This document shows, piece after piece, positions 47,201 to 59,664 of a stretch of 64,000 nucleotides of DNA. The DNA is from Geosiphon pyriformis uo1 (lineage: Eukaryota; Fungi; Glomeromycota), in the NCBI GenBank assembly GCA_016748015.1, contig JAAOMT010000303.1, positions 868,001 to 932,000 on the forward strand. Reading direction: 5' to 3'. Position numbers and translations under genes: made by a program. Numbering within the stretch: the first letter of the stretch is position 1; every line of letters starts with the position of its first letter. Below the pieces are notes generated by a model. The model was not told where the DNA came from, did not search any database, and worked only from the letters and a program-made list of their open reading frames with translations.

Positions 47201-49891
47201 TTAATAAACTTTACCACTACTCTCATGATATTAAAATGATTTTTGACCTAGCAATAGCATTGATCAATGGAGCCATCCAAGAAGATGTCTGCCAAATGAA
47301 AGAAGCTGAATACATTGAGTATATCATAGAATTAGCTGGATTTGATTATGAAGATAAAGTAGAAACCTATCACCAAATTGCAAGCCATATATATCTGACT
47401 CAAGAAGCTCAAATTTAATGATTAGAGCAAATAAACATTCAATTGTGTAAAGAATGCATCATGCCTTGTGATGACAAATGATGTCCAAAATGCTATACTC
47501 TTAGCATTCCCCTGCCAGAGGAGAATAATAAAAATAAAATCGAATTTGGAGTATTCGAACTAGTAGAAGAACTACCAACCACCCCCATCTATCTCCTTGA
47601 AAAGCAACCACCTCTACAACTTAAATATTTTGACAACCATGGCCAAGGAATCAGACCAGAAAAAGCACACAAAATTGATGCCGGATATGATCTAAAATAC
47701 CCAGGAAAAGATACTTTGGTTCTCCAACCAAAGTCTTTGACAAATCAATCTCAAAATTGCTCTTGAAATTCCACCTGGAGCAATGGTTCAAATTGCCTCC
47801 AGATCATTATTGGCAAGCAAAAGAATCAATATTAGAGAAGGAGTTATAGATACAGGATACACTAGAGACATTACCATCATGTTGCAGAATGAAACAGACA
47901 AATCATTCAAGATTGAACATGCTGAAAAAATTGCTCAAGCAATTTACCTATTCTTAATCAATATTTCGGGTCTACAATCAGTTAACAACAAAGAACAATT
48001 GGGAAAAAGTGAAAGAAGAACTCAAAGTTTTGGTTCAACTGGATGATTTACAGTTTCAGTAAACATAGCTCTTAAAATACAAAATAAATCTCACCAGATT
48101 CTTCAACTTTCCCAACCAATTACCATTTCATTTTTTGGAGAACATCACGAAATTTACACTTGCTCAAAACCCACTACTACCCAACAAATCTTTGAATCCA
48201 ATAAACAAATCTGTTTGAAGCATGAAATCTCAATTTCAAACGTTTATATTCCCAAAGGAATGAAAATATTTTGAGTTATATTCTACAACTCCAATAATTA
48301 CTCTATTGTCTTATTAAACAAATTAGAGATTGGAATCATACACAGCAATGTTTTTCAAGATAAAAACCCTCAAATTGTTTCTAATTTTATCGAAATTGTA
48401 AGGCACACTCTACTCCCAAATCCAAATATCATTCCCACTACTGAAAACTACCATCTTTTGGAAGAAAAACTCTCTCATATCAACATGAGTCCCTTAGAAC
48501 CTCAACAACAAAGACAATTGAAACAATTGATAGCTGAATTTGCAGATATATTTGCAAAAGACAACAATAACCTGGAAAAAACAGATATTATTCAACATCA
48601 GATCCATACAGGAAATGCTTCACCAAAATGTCAGCAAGCTTATAGAGTGCCATCTGCCAGTTACCAATTCATCAGAAAAAAAGTCCAGAGAATGCTCAAT
48701 AACAGATTAATTCAACCATCAAGAAGTCTTTGGGCCTCACTAGTAGTCCTTGTTAAAAAGAAAAATGGAAAAATCAGATTTTGTGTTGACTATTGCCAAT
48801 TGAACAGTGTGATAATTGGAGATGTCTACCCTCTTCCAAGAATTGATGACATGTTAAATGCTTTAGGAAAAGCCAAATTCTTCTCAACTTTGGACTTGGA
48901 AAGTAGATACTGACAAGTCGAAATAGACCCAAAAGACTAACCCAAAACAGCATTTACCACCCAAAAAGGAAACTATGAGTTCAATGTTATGTCTTTTGGA
49001 CTCTGCAATATGCCAACAACATTTCAGTAACTCATGGATGTTGTATATGAAGGGCTCTTGTGGCAATCAATAGTTGTCTATCTTGATGACACTGATGTAT
49101 ACTTACCAAGCTTTGAAGCCCACCTCATTCACCTGCGAGAAGTTTTTCAATGATTATGGAAAGCAGGATTAAAGTTAAACATTAAAAAATGTCACTTTGG
49201 AAAAACAAGCTTGATTTTTCTTGGACACATAGTTAGTAAAGATAGAGTCAAACCAAATCCAGGAACAATCAGTGCTGTCAAAAACTTTCAAACTTCCAGA
49301 AATACCACAGAACTACAAGGATTTGTAGGATTAGCCTCTTACTATCGAAAATTCATAAAAGGATTCTCAGAAATTGCCAAACCACTCAATTATCTTACCA
49401 ACAAAAACATGTCATACAAATGGACTAAAGAACAACAAAAAGCTTTTGAAACTCTGAAAACAAAATTGACAACAGCCCCAGTTTTTGCTTACCCAGACTT
49501 TAACAAATGGTTCCAATTAGCCACTGATGCTTTACACATAGCATTTGATGCTATCTTATCACAATTAGATGAAAATAGGCAAGAACAAATCATCACCTAT
49601 GCTAGTAAAACACTTAAACCAACAGAACTAAAATATGACTCAACTGAATTAGAAGCTGCTGCAGTCATCTGGGCTCTTAAACATTTTCAACAATATTTGA
49701 AGAATAGAAAAGAATTTGACATTATAACTGACAATATTGGTCTCAAATGGCTCAATAAAAAGAAAACTGAACAAAGTGCCAAACAGTCTCGATGGAATGA
49801 CTTCTTAACAGACTACAAATATATTGTACACCACAAACCAAGAAAAATACACACTAATATTGACAGTCTTTTAAGAATAAGACAATATTAA
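44269..49891 (+). pseudogene. E2 Gag-PR-Cys-rich-dUTPase-RT-RNase H polyprotein
   Basis: GTG at 44269; ILDSGSAGS protease; dUTPase 47617-48043 with a 2-bp deletion near 47742; YLDDTDVY; LATDA; ends NIDSLLRIRQY*. Confidence 0.9.
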
Positions 49892-49947
49892 TACCAACAT
49901 CAACACCAACAAACTTAACAGCAAAACAAACAACAAAATCAACAACA

Positions 49948-51333
49948 ATGAATCCAAAAAACTACAACAACATCAAAAACTATTTGAAGACTCTTACCAT
50001 GCCAGAAAATTGGTTTCCAAGTGAAAAACATCAATTACAATACCAATCCAAACAATATTTTATATACCACAACAAAATTTATTACAAAAATCGTAAAAAC
50101 CCAAACCAATCACTCAGATTAGTACAGGAAAATGAAAAAGAAACAATTTTATATAACATGCACACAGATCCGTCTTCAGCACACTTAGGAAGAAATAGAA
50201 CAATTCAAAGAACTCTTGAACATTATTTTTGGCCTCACATACAAAAAGACATTCAACAATATGTAGAATCTTGTGATAGTTGTCAAAGAAGAGGAGAAAC
50301 TCACTCCACAGAACCTTTAAATCCAATCAAAATTAGACAACCATTTGACAGAGTTGAAATTGATTTAGTCGGACCATTACCTATCACAACCCAAGAAAAT
50401 TGCTATATTGCAGTAGCAGTAGATTATTTTACCAAATGGTCTGAAACTAGAGCCATCCAAAGAGCAGATGCAAAATCAGTAGCAAATTTTATCTATGAAG
50501 ACATTATTTGTAGACATAAATGTCTAATTGAACTCTTATCTAATTAAGGAACACATTTTGTGAACAACTTGATACAAGAAATTTGTGAATGATTCAATGT
50601 CAAAAGACCTCTATCATCGCCTTATTACCCTCAAACAAATGGACTTGTAGAATATTTTAACAGAACATTGTGTGAATTGTTGGCCAAAGTCTCAACAGAT
50701 TTTGAGCAGGAATGGAATATCTTTATTTCATCAGTGTTACTAGCATACAGAACACTAAAACAAGATACTATGAAACACACACTATTTGACCTTACTTATG
50801 GAAGGACAGCAACATTACCAATTAATTTCACAGTAAAAACATATTCAGTGCAACCAATTAATAAAAAAAACTTTCAAAAAACACTCCAAAGAAGAGCCTA
50901 CACTCTTCTTAGTACACTGGAAGGAAAAAAAAGGATAGCAGCAACTCATATCAAACATTCCCAAGCTCAACAAAAAAAAAGACATAACAACAAATTACCA
51001 CCTATTATCAACAAATTTAAAGTTGGAAATAAAGTTCTCTTATACAGAACTAAGGCTGAAAAACAATAAAGTGGAAAATTTGAAAACAAATGGGATGGAC
51101 CATTTTATATTCACGAAATTCTAGGCAATGGATCATACAAGTTAAGACTTGATGATAAAATACTAGCAAAAGTTGTACATAGAGACAGATTGAAACACTA
51201 TCATTTCAGAAACAATCCTGAAACATTAATTTCACAAATTGGTACACATTCCTCTTTAATTAATCCTGAAGATATTTCCTGAAATTTAGAACCAATAATT
51301 ATAATAGAACAACAACCAAACTTGAACACTTAA
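49948..51333 (+). pseudogene. E2 integrase, separate ORF
   Basis: MNPKNYNNIKNYL start; HTDPSSAHLG, CDSCQ, IDLVGP, PQTNGLVE, KWDGPF; ends EQQPNLNT*. Confidence 0.9.
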
Positions 51334-51479
51334 ATTTTACAATAATTCTTTAATAAAAACACAAAGACAAAAAATAGTAAATAATTACAAAAAAACACCC
51401 AAACCCAAAAACAAATAAAAACTCCATATCCAAAAATAATTTTTTTTATTCTCTCTTTTCATAATTAGTCAATTTTATC

Positions 51480-52187
51480 ATAATTATTTCTCGAAATATT
51501 CAACAAATATCCCAAAAGTTAATGTTAACCTTAAAGACACTTCCTGACTTATCCATAACGATTAATGAAAGTCAAATTAATTACATTCAGAAAGAAACTA
51601 CAGTCCCAGTAGTAAATCATTTACAGAACTATCACCTCTATAGAAGAAAAACAAAAAGTCATTCTGAAAATAGGTTACCAAGACTTTTGAAGCAAGCATT
51701 AAAAGAAAATTTTTTAATTGTCCCTATTGACATTTCATCAAATGCTACAATGCAACAAAAACTTCTACTACTTCTCAATAAACAGAACAATGAACACACC
51801 CCTATCTATAAATACTTTCACATTAGAAAGACACTTTATGAACGAAAACTGGAACTTGAAACAACAAATCTCACTCCTGAAGCTATACAAAAACAAATTC
51901 ATAATGAATTCAAAACAGCAGCTGGACCAACAAACACTCACTACAAACTTAGAACAGCTTTTAGACTCTATGATTTGTTTAATACTTGTGAAAATGTTCT
52001 ACAAAATCTAATACTGTAACCAATGAAAGTCCAATACATTGGCAAACTTACAGAACTGAAATTTTAACAATTTTCAGACCAGATTACTTCAATTATTTTG
52101 GATCACTATATCAATATCACAGATAGTGCTTGGACTTTGACGAAGCTCAGTCTTGAGGAAGAAATTATATTACCAATAGAATTTTAG
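51480..52187 (+). pseudogene. E2 ORF3 (start codon mutated ATG>ATA), ends inside the 3' LTR
   Basis: Collinear with E1 ORF3, e.g. PIYKYFHIRKTL.ERKLEL, HNEFKTAAG, HYKLR.A.RLYDLF.TCENVLQN. Confidence 0.8.
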
Positions 52188-53168
52188 CTATTAATTAGCA
52201 TGAAATTACCCTTATAATTCTTATAATTAATTAGTATATTAATATCATTTCAAATTATCATTTATTATTTAATCAATTATCACATATCACAATTCAATTA
52301 AATAATCCAATTAGTATAACAGAAAGTAGAATGATCAAATTACACAATACCCTGAACTTTGTAACATTCAAAAATTCACCAAAATTTACAGAAATTCGCC
52401 AAAATTTATAAGAAATTTGCCGAAATTTATAGAAATTCGCCGAAATTATGAATAGTTCACCCAAATTAATCAATAATTCAGCGAAATAACTTGTAGTCCA
52501 TTAAAATGTATTTTTAGTTCACCGAAATTTGAGCAAAGAGAAAAAGTACAAGTTCATAGACTAGTATTACAACAAGTTGTATAAAAGAAGAGCTTTTCTC
52601 TTCAAGAAAATGTATCTTACTTTAGATTTATCCCTTAGAACCGTTCTTATATACACAAAAAGAAATAAATATCAAATAATTCAAAAAACCAAATTCTTTA
52701 ATTATTGCACTTGGAAAATCCCCAAAACCCAACTAACATTTCGAAATTGATTAGCTACCAATTTCAGTAAACTGTTAGTAACTCCAGGCCTGGATAGAAA
52801 ACGTTTCCCTTGACAGAATTCAATTTCTTTTACATTTCTTTTATTTTCTTATTATAATAATTAGGGTAGTCTACAGACAAGATTCCTGTAGAAGAGTTGA
52901 CTTTTACAGCAAAGTAACTACACATTTTTAAGTGAGCTTCCAGACAAGCAATTCCTGGGAAAGAGTTGATGTTTACTATAATATAACTATATAAAGTAAC
53001 TGGCAAGGAATTGGTCATTCCACTTATAAGCCCAGCAGTTCAAATTATAAGAGATAATTTGAAGATAAATTCAGTTACTAAAGGTTTAACTACTTTTAGC
53101 AAACGTAAATTTGCAACCAACAGACATTTACAACATTTAAGAAAAGAGACCAAAAACCTCCAGTAACA
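52168..53168 (+). repeat. E2 3' LTR (1001 bp)
   Basis: Direct repeat of 43232-44223 with one extra ~20-bp U3 repeat unit and an ~11-bp shorter T-rich tract; terminal TG mutated to TA. Confidence 0.96.
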
Positions 53169-56100
53169 ACAGAGAGCCTTTTCAATATGTTTTTCAGTCT
53201 AACAACCTCTGAAAAAGCAGATGAATCTAATATTATAACAGTCTTATCACTAGTGGTCTCACCTAAGCTTTTTCTTATTATTATGTCTTCTACTTAATTC
53301 TATAATAGGAGGGTTATTGGCAATTGACATCCAGGGCTAGACTAGAAAACTATTAGCATAAGTAATTCCAACTTTATAGCCAATTTACCAATTTGTCTCA
53401 TAAGACTGACAAGACCATGTTCCAAAGCTGCAAATTTATTGTCAATATTTTTCATAACCAAAAGAGTAGGTTTTATTTCTGAAAAGAAGCTAGAAATTGA
53501 CAAACTACTATGTATAAAAAGAAAGTGGAAAGAAAACTTACTAACAATTTTTGTTCAAGAAACACCACCAAAAAAAATAGGGCAGCTAATTGGTGCTAAA
53601 CATTTGGCATAAATGGAGGCCAGTCTGTTTTTATTCTTATCCAACAATACTTTACGAGAATGGCCACTAAGAGAAATTTTTTTATCAACAAAACAATTCA
53701 ATAATATATAATCTAACTTCTTATACTTAGTGCATTTAGCAAAAACCAGACAAAACCAATGCAAATTAACACTTTTCAGAACTGGCATGGTTCTCATAAT
53801 AGCATTTAATAATTCAACTAAATTAAAACAAACAACAACACATTTGGTTTGAACATATGTGACTAGATAATGATCAATAGCACATGTTTTTCCACCCACA
53901 AATTCAATAAAATCTCATATATCATAAGCATTTGTTTTCATCAACAGAGTATAAAGCAGTGTTCTATAAAGATCTTTTGCATCTTATATTTTTTTGTCAA
54001 AATCTAATCTAACAATACACATATTATTTTTTTAATTAAGATAGACTACTTAACCATAATCAAATTAGCCTAATTTAATTGGTCAAATTCCATCACAGCT
54101 TTTTGCTACAGTCTTACTAATTGTATTTTGATTAACTTAATTACTTTAAATTTGAATAATACAGTATGCACAGCCTCAGCTGACATTTCAATCAGAATTT
54201 TTTTAAGTATCACAGCTCAATCTGAATGTTTAGTAGATTTTTTAAAATCAGAATTTACCAAGATCTTTGCACTCTTAGCTTTTTTGGTGGCCTGTATTAA
54301 GCTTAGTTCAAAAGTAAATATTATCTGAATAATCTCAGCAAATTTTGAAAAAGTAGAGGCTTTTTCAAAACTATTGATTTTTGAAAATAATTTTCTAATT
54401 GCCACCAGTTTTTCTTAAGAGAATTTCTTAACTGTTTTATCCAAGCCAATATTCAGAGCAAATGATTTTCTAATTAGAATATTAACCAAATTTTTTAAAA
54501 GAGGAGAGAAATTCAAGAAGTTGTCTAATAAAACATTATTATTATCATTGTTATTACTCAAAAAATCAATTTTTTTTAGTGGCTTTCCCAAAATTTTTTT
54601 GGTCTTAACATACAAACTCTTTAGTATTTGGTCAGTATTATTGCCATCAAAAGTGGTTCTATTACCATAGTCAAAGCTAGTTTTCTTAATCAAACACTCC
54701 TTTTTTATATTAATACTATCAGACTTAATAGTATTGTTAGTCTTTGATTCTCAAGAATAATCATCTAATCTCTTAGCAAAAGCTTCTTTAATCTTAATAT
54801 TATTATTTAAAACACCACCTCATTTTTTTTCTTGACAATACAGGTTTGAAACTATCTACTAGTTCAGTATTCTTAACAGTCTTCTTTATAACAATAATAT
54901 TAAGGCCAACAGTGACTTTGTAATCAAGCAAAAATAGTTTTGATTTATTATACTAAATGGTAAAAAAACTTCTTTCAAAAACTTTTGACTCTTTTTTTGG
55001 GAATTTGGGATGAAAAAAAGAAAGAAGTTTTTAATTAAACCCAAATTAGAAGGTAATTTGTATTATATTACTAATAAATATTTTTAAAGATATCTTAATA
55101 TTTATATTTACAAGAAAATAGAGTATTATAATTATAAGAAATTATTCAGAATATTTTAAATCAAATTTAACATCATTGAAATGTGTTTTTTTAAAACATA
55201 TTCCTTTATTTTTATTACTGTACTATTTTAATTTTAGGTTTTTTAACAGATTTAAATAGACTAAATATTGTTTAACTTTAATAGTCTTATTAAACTTTTG
55301 AAATTAAATATTTTTTATATCTATTTTGTACTTTTTTTTAAGTTTTTTAAGTTTAATAATAGAATAAAATATTTGAAGTAATGAGTTAAACAAAAAATTA
55401 CACTTATTGCAATATTAAAAATGACAAAAAATTAAACAATAATTGTATAATTTTGTATTAAAATTAACTAGTCTTTATTCTTATTTTTTTTAGATAGAAA
55501 CAAGTTTTTAATACTGGTTTTAAAATGTTTTAGAATTATTAATAAACAAATTATTCATTTTTTCTATAATTATTAAGACATTTTTTATAATATATATTTT
55601 CTTAATTATAATATTTTTTATTCTATGGTGGTTATTTTCCAGATTTTTTTTTATTGTAAAAGTATAAATCTAATTAATTTATTACTTAATTATAGACAAC
55701 AGTGAATAAAGTTTTTTTTAAACCCAGTTATTAATTAAAATAATATATTAACAAGATTTATTACATGTTTTTCTTTGTCAAGTACATTATTCCATAGTTT
55801 TTTGTTAAGCAAAATTTTATTATAAATAAAACATAATATGAAATCTTACTTGTTTTATTATTTTAATTATTTTAATTATTTTAATTATTCTAATTATTCT
55901 AATACATAAAAATAACAATAGTATCTGATAATAGTTAACTATACTTTATTATTTCTTATATATATACTTATAAAAAATAATTTCTTTTTACAATTAATAC
56001 AAATTAATTTTAATAGTTAATATAATTAATTTTTTTAATTTAAAGATAAATAGTCTAAAATTAATTCTTAAAATTCTTTATTAGCTTTGAATTTGATTAA

Positions 56101-58668
56101 AAATTAATTTAAAACAACTGTTTTAAAATATTTATATATAATAGATATTCTGGTATATTATCTATTAAAAATAATTTAAAGTTTCTAAGTATTTTAATCA
56201 AGTGTAATATGGGCTTTTATTAACTAATTATTATCTATAAATACTTAATACTGAATAGTTTTTATAACAAATACTTTAGTAAAAATTTTGATTTTATTGA
56301 TTTTAAAAAAAATCATTAATTTCTTTAATTAATATTTTAATATTACTATCTTTAATGATTATTCTAGTAGTAGCAATACAATTTATTTAATAATTTAATT
56401 AATCTATAAGTTGTTTTGTAATTATGCTGCCAGTTGATTTGCTGTTTAGGGTTAACTTAATATTCATTGGTCTTGTTTTAACATTAATATATATTGTTAT
56501 AATTGGTTTGTTCTGATTTATAACAGCTTTATTAAAGAGATTAAAAGTGTTTAAAGTGTTAATATTAAATAAAAATATGGCTGTAAAAGTTTTATCTTCA
56601 ATAATAATAGCTGAAAAATTGTTTTAATAATAGTTATATTATTAAAAAAAAAATTATCAATATTAACTATAGCTTTTTTTTTAAAAAAATACAATATTAC
56701 CAAAATTTTAAATTTTAATAAAACCAAGATATAAAGCTTGGTTATAATATCTTGCTAATAATATTTATAATAGTGGACAGTTTAAGTTTTAAAATGGTCT
56801 AGAAATTAACTAATTAAATTTTTAGCCATATTTTTTTATCTTTGATTATAATCTAATATTATGGCTAAATTAAAACTGTAATTTAAGAATAGATAGTACT
56901 AATTAAATAATTATAATATATATTATGACTGTTAATACTGAAATAAGGAGTATTGACTTGTATTTAATTAGGAGTATTGTAATTATTGGTATTAGTTTTC
57001 TTAATTTTGGTTAAATATTTTTTTGTAATAGCTTTGCATAATATATTTAGGTTTTTAACAGTAGTAATAATTATAAGAGTTTTGTTTTTAAAGTTGCTAT
57101 TGTTATTAGTAGTGTTGCTGTTGTTAATATCTCAAATTATTAGTATTTTCTCTGTATTATAATAACTAATAAGTTTCTGAACTTTTAACAAAAAATTTTT
57201 TAATTTTCTGAGTTAACTTTTTATTTAATTGGGTAAATTTTGCATTAATATCTGAAGTTTTGTTTATAATTAAATTAATAACTTGAATATGAGTTGTTTT
57301 TTGTTTTATTGATTCAAAGTTGTAAGCAAAAATAATTATATCTTGTAAATTTCTAGAATGTTAGAATCTTATAAATCAAAGAATACTGCTTCTTAGTCTC
57401 TTGATAAATTGGTTGAAAATTTGATATAAAGTATAATAGTCTTTTTCAATTGCCTGAATTTTATAGAAAATTTGATTGAATTTTCTGATATAAATAATTA
57501 TAACTTTGTAATTTTTCTGTTTTATTATGCTAAATTAATTTTGTAGTTTAATAAGTATATTTAAGTTGTAAAAATACTATAAAAAACAAGTTTAAAAATA
57601 ACAAAATCAGTTGGCTTTTTATTGAAACTTAAATATTATAAGTTTATAATTCCAATTAGAAAAAAAGATAAAACTTAAATTATTCTGGTCTTATTTTAAT
57701 TGTTAACTATAATTGCTTTTTTGGTTTCTGTAATTTATGTATATGTATTTTTTTTTCACTAGAGAATTTTTTTAGTCTAATAATATCTTTATAAATCATA
57801 TTTAAAATAATAAGAATTTATTTATTTATTAACAAAAAAAATATTGAATGAAAAATATTTGATTGTTTAATTAAACTTAAAACTAATTGTTTTTCTTTGT
57901 TGGTTGTTATAATAAATTAAAATAGTAATGTTTTTTCTAAGAAAGTAATTGTTAATTTGGTTAATAGTTTTGATATTTGTTAATTTCAAAAAAAAGTATT
58001 TTAAAAAGTAGTATTTGTTGCTAAAATAAGATTTTTAAATAGTGTTCTATATTTTTTCAATAATTTGGTTCAGAAATTTCTGTTGAAGTTTTAAAAATAA
58101 AGATTTTTAGAAGTTTTTAGAGTTTTTGACTGTAAATTGTTTGGCTAATTTAATAAAATTCTGTTTTTTAAAGTTTAATAATAGAATAAAATCAATAGTA
58201 AAAGAAATTTTAACTTTTTGCTTACTGTAAATTGGAGTTTTTTTTGTGCAAATTGCTACTAAGTATTGTTTTCTGTATTTGATTTGGATTTCTTAAGAGA
58301 CTTTTGTGTTATAATTTTTTTTAAGCTGTGAATAATAATTTTACATATATATCTCAATTTTTTTGTCAATAAAGAAAAAGGTTTTTATAATTGCTTTTTT
58401 GGTAATTAAAATTAAATATGATAGCAAGTTTTAATAAATCTGTTTTTCGAATTTTTTAGTATTTGTTGTTTATTTAAATAATAATAAATCTTAATATGTA
58501 TATAGTAAAAAAAGTTACTTTTGACAACAACTGTTTCTTTTGAAATTCTTAAATCTTTTTAAAAGTATTAATATAATATTTTTTCAAAAAATGAATAATC
58601 ACTATTTTTTGTAAGTTTTTGGAATGCTTTGTTTCTGTAAATTTTATAATTTTATAAAGAGCACTAAA

Positions 58669-59664
58669 TATCACAAGTTAATTTGGTAAGATAATATCAT
58701 AACTTTTGGTGCTCAAAATTTAATAATATAAGCTAATTTAAACATTAATATAATGGTTTTTTGGATTAAATTAGTTATTAATCTCTAAAAATTTTCTTGT
58801 CTAAAATTATATCTGTTAAGTTTTTTTATTATAAAGCACAAAATTCTGGTTTTTTTAATTACTGTTATAGTTATATTTTCTTTTAAGTTAGTAAATACAA
58901 TTATTAAAGTTTAGTATTGTCTTTTTGTTTTTCTAATAAGTTAACAAGATATAATTAATATTTAAATCTAAGAAAGATTTTTTTTTTATCAAATTATTAC
59001 AAAGTTTATTTCTAAACAGTCGATTTTCAATATTGCTGTTTTACAAAAAATTAAAAAAAAATAAAAAAAATAAAAAAAATAAAAGAAAAAGAAAAAAGAA
59101 ATTAATATTATTAATTGTTATAATTAAGAGTAATTAGTCTAAGTTGTTAAAATTTTAAAGCTGTTTATGCTAATAATATTTGGCTTAAAACAAAACTAAC
59201 AGAAACAATTAATTTGATTTTAACAATTAAAATATTGAAATTATATACAGATAATTTAAAATGAGAAATTTTATTAAACTAGTTTACAAATATATATAAG
59301 ATAAAGTTAATTTTATTTTGGCTAAGATTAAAATTTTTTTGAAAAAAGTGATTTTTTTTTATTTACTTGCTTGTTTTTTTTTTATTGTTAAAACTACTTG
59401 TTTTTATACATATTTTTTAGTTATATAAAATTGTTTTTAATTGTTTATTATTATTATTGGTTGTTATTTCTATTATTGTTTTATTTTTTTATGCTATAAC
59501 TAGTTATTTTGTGTTATTTTATATTATTATGTATTATTTTGTATTATTCTGAATTATTTTATATTATTTTGCATTGTTTTATTTTATTATGTTTTTTCTA
59601 TATTATTATGTATTAATCACGTTTTTTTTAATAATTTTGGATTGATTTTTTTACTTAAATAACA
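58669..59664 (-). repeat. 5' LTR of the minus-strand element
   Basis: Starts TGTTATTTAAG on the - strand; followed directly by a PBS-like motif; matches 22646-23653. Confidence 0.82.

Larger units (their letters stand above)
43232..53168 (+). mobile_element. E2: full-length (9937 bp) inactivated Ty3/gypsy element, sister subfamily of E1
   Basis: LTRs 43232-44223 and 52168-53168; PBS 44224-44237; PPT 52155-52164; 4-bp TSD gcag/acag; same domain order as E1. Confidence 0.97.
28574..55032 (-). mobile_element. Near full-length (~6.6 kb) inactivated LINE (LINE-B) in three pieces: 28574-33278, 43180-43231, 53169-55032
   Basis: Poly(A) seen as a T-run at 28574-28581; 3' UTR and 5' end match LINE-A. 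Removing E1 and E2 with one TSD copy each restores the ORF1 C-terminus SEVVRLKNILKRLSALVLNLLARFDNLVLAGSVLSKLFFQ*. Confidence 0.9.
22646..59664 (-). mobile_element. Decayed minus-strand Ty3/gypsy element (~9.7 kb once nested insertions are removed)
   Basis: Direct ~1 kb repeats at 22646-23653 and 58669-59664; PBS (TTTAGTGCTCT on the - strand) at 58658-58668; PPT at about 23654-23668; integrase and RT remnants on the - strand at 24350-27900; 4-bp TSD ttga/ttag. Confidence 0.8.

Noticed and set aside
33279-53168. E1 and E2 as a tandem duplication or assembly artefact
   Set aside because: Their LTRs and coding regions are clearly diverged, each has its own TSD, and unique LINE sequence lies between them.
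55025-55050. TSDs for the two LINEs
   Set aside because: Only a loose match (ggtaaaactaaatt vs aattaaacccaaatt) for LINE-B and none for LINE-A; too decayed to call.
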